Below are positions 63,638 through 64,000 of a DNA stretch of 64,000 bases, piece by piece. Below the pieces are notes generated by a model, which searched no databases, was not told the DNA's origin, and worked only from the letters and a program-made list of their open reading frames with translations. The translations under genes and the position numbers were made by a program. Source of the DNA: Deltaproteobacteria bacterium (GTDB lineage Bacteria; Desulfobacterota; Dissulfuribacteria; Dissulfuribacterales; JALVPX01). The stretch spans positions 4,740-68,739 of the forward strand of contig JALVVK010000126.1 in NCBI GenBank assembly GCA_027023445.1, given 5' to 3'. Position 1 is the first letter of the stretch. The number at the start of each line of letters is the position of its first letter.

Positions 63638-64000
63638 CTATGACGCCTTTCTCATCTTAAAACGGGGAATTTCAGGCGGCAGCGGCCTGAGTTCGGGAAT
63701 GCTGAGTTTCTTCCCATCCTTGATAAGACATACAAAATTTGACCTGTGGCCTGATGCGCCCATGAACGGATCCTGTCTATAATTCGTTATCATGAATTGG
63801 TCGCTTGCCCCTTTCCCGTAGGTTTTTGTGAGGAGAGGGGATCTGCTTCCAAAGCCGTGGGGCAGGTACACAGTATCAGGCCTGATTCCGGCGGTTACAA
63901 ATAAAGTGACCGGGTTGGACCTGTAGCCAGCCTGGTTTTCCATGATCACGGTTTCTCCGTCTTTGACGCCGATTCTGGTCGCTATCTCGTCGTTGATCCA
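63638..64000 (-). CDS. Molybdopterin oxidoreductase catalytic subunit, C-terminal part (5' end outside the window)
   Basis: The reading frame is open to the window edge (WINDEIATRIGVKDGETVIMENQAGY...). This matches the molybdopterin dinucleotide-binding beta-barrel domain. It stops 10 nt before the Fe-S subunit gene. Confidence 0.85.
   Translation of the reverse strand, partial: WINDEIATRIGVKDGETVIMENQAGYRSNPVTLFVTAGIRPDTVYLPHGFGSRSPLLTKTYGKGASDQFMITNYRQDPFMGASGHRSNFVCLIKDGKKLSIPELRPLPPEIPRFKMRKAS

Noticed and set aside
1-64000. Mobile elements, prophage, tRNA, rRNA, tmRNA or RNase P genes.
   Set aside because: I saw no transposase, integrase, phage or cas-like products in any frame. No intergenic stretch reads by eye like a tRNA cloverleaf or a conserved rRNA segment. 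A tRNAscan-SE and Infernal run would be needed to exclude small RNAs formally.

Overview
This is about 64 kb of mostly core chromosomal DNA. It probably comes from a sulfate-reducing Deltaproteobacterium (Desulfobacterota). The evidence is a canonical DsrC with the C-terminal CysX10Cys tail, a small Dsr-like sulfite-reductase-family protein, a molybdopterin oxidoreductase and several sigma-54 two-component systems. I can support about 60 protein genes, tightly packed and often translationally coupled through ATGA overlaps. Housekeeping genes include ddl, pyrR, pdxA, tsaE, acs, ispD, dnaA, speE, uvrC, mutL, miaA, pgsA, ftsB and an EF-G paralog. The window also holds an AddAB-like helicase-nuclease pair, two NtrC-type HK/RR pairs, a PAS hybrid kinase and an MCP. 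dnaA sits next to an AT-rich region carrying a perfect DnaA box, so the window probably contains oriC. By eye I found no rRNA, tRNA, CRISPR array, transposase, integrase or prophage gene. The items I think most deserve follow-up are listed here. (1) A 125-bp highly structured repeat is present in two near-identical copies directly upstream of a sigma-54 two-component operon, and a diverged third copy lies 11 kb away upstream of a Dsr-like gene. (2) A PEP-dikinase-like protein has a non-canonical C-terminal domain and is translationally coupled to a receiver protein, inside a sigma-54-promoted TauE/TIGR02186/USP module. (3) A CxxC...CxxC zinc-ribbon protein is translationally coupled to a RimK-type ATP-grasp ligase. 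(4) A Cache-PAS sensor ends in a CxxC...CxxC module instead of any known transmitter. (5) A 15-unit heptamer tandem array lies between glcD and ispD. (6) A TPR-fused YcaO lies between dsrC and a stand-alone EF-G paralog. All family assignments come from motif recognition and memory; nothing was searched against a database. Coordinates follow the supplied ORF track, and starts were adjusted only where I could read the start codon and RBS in the sequence.
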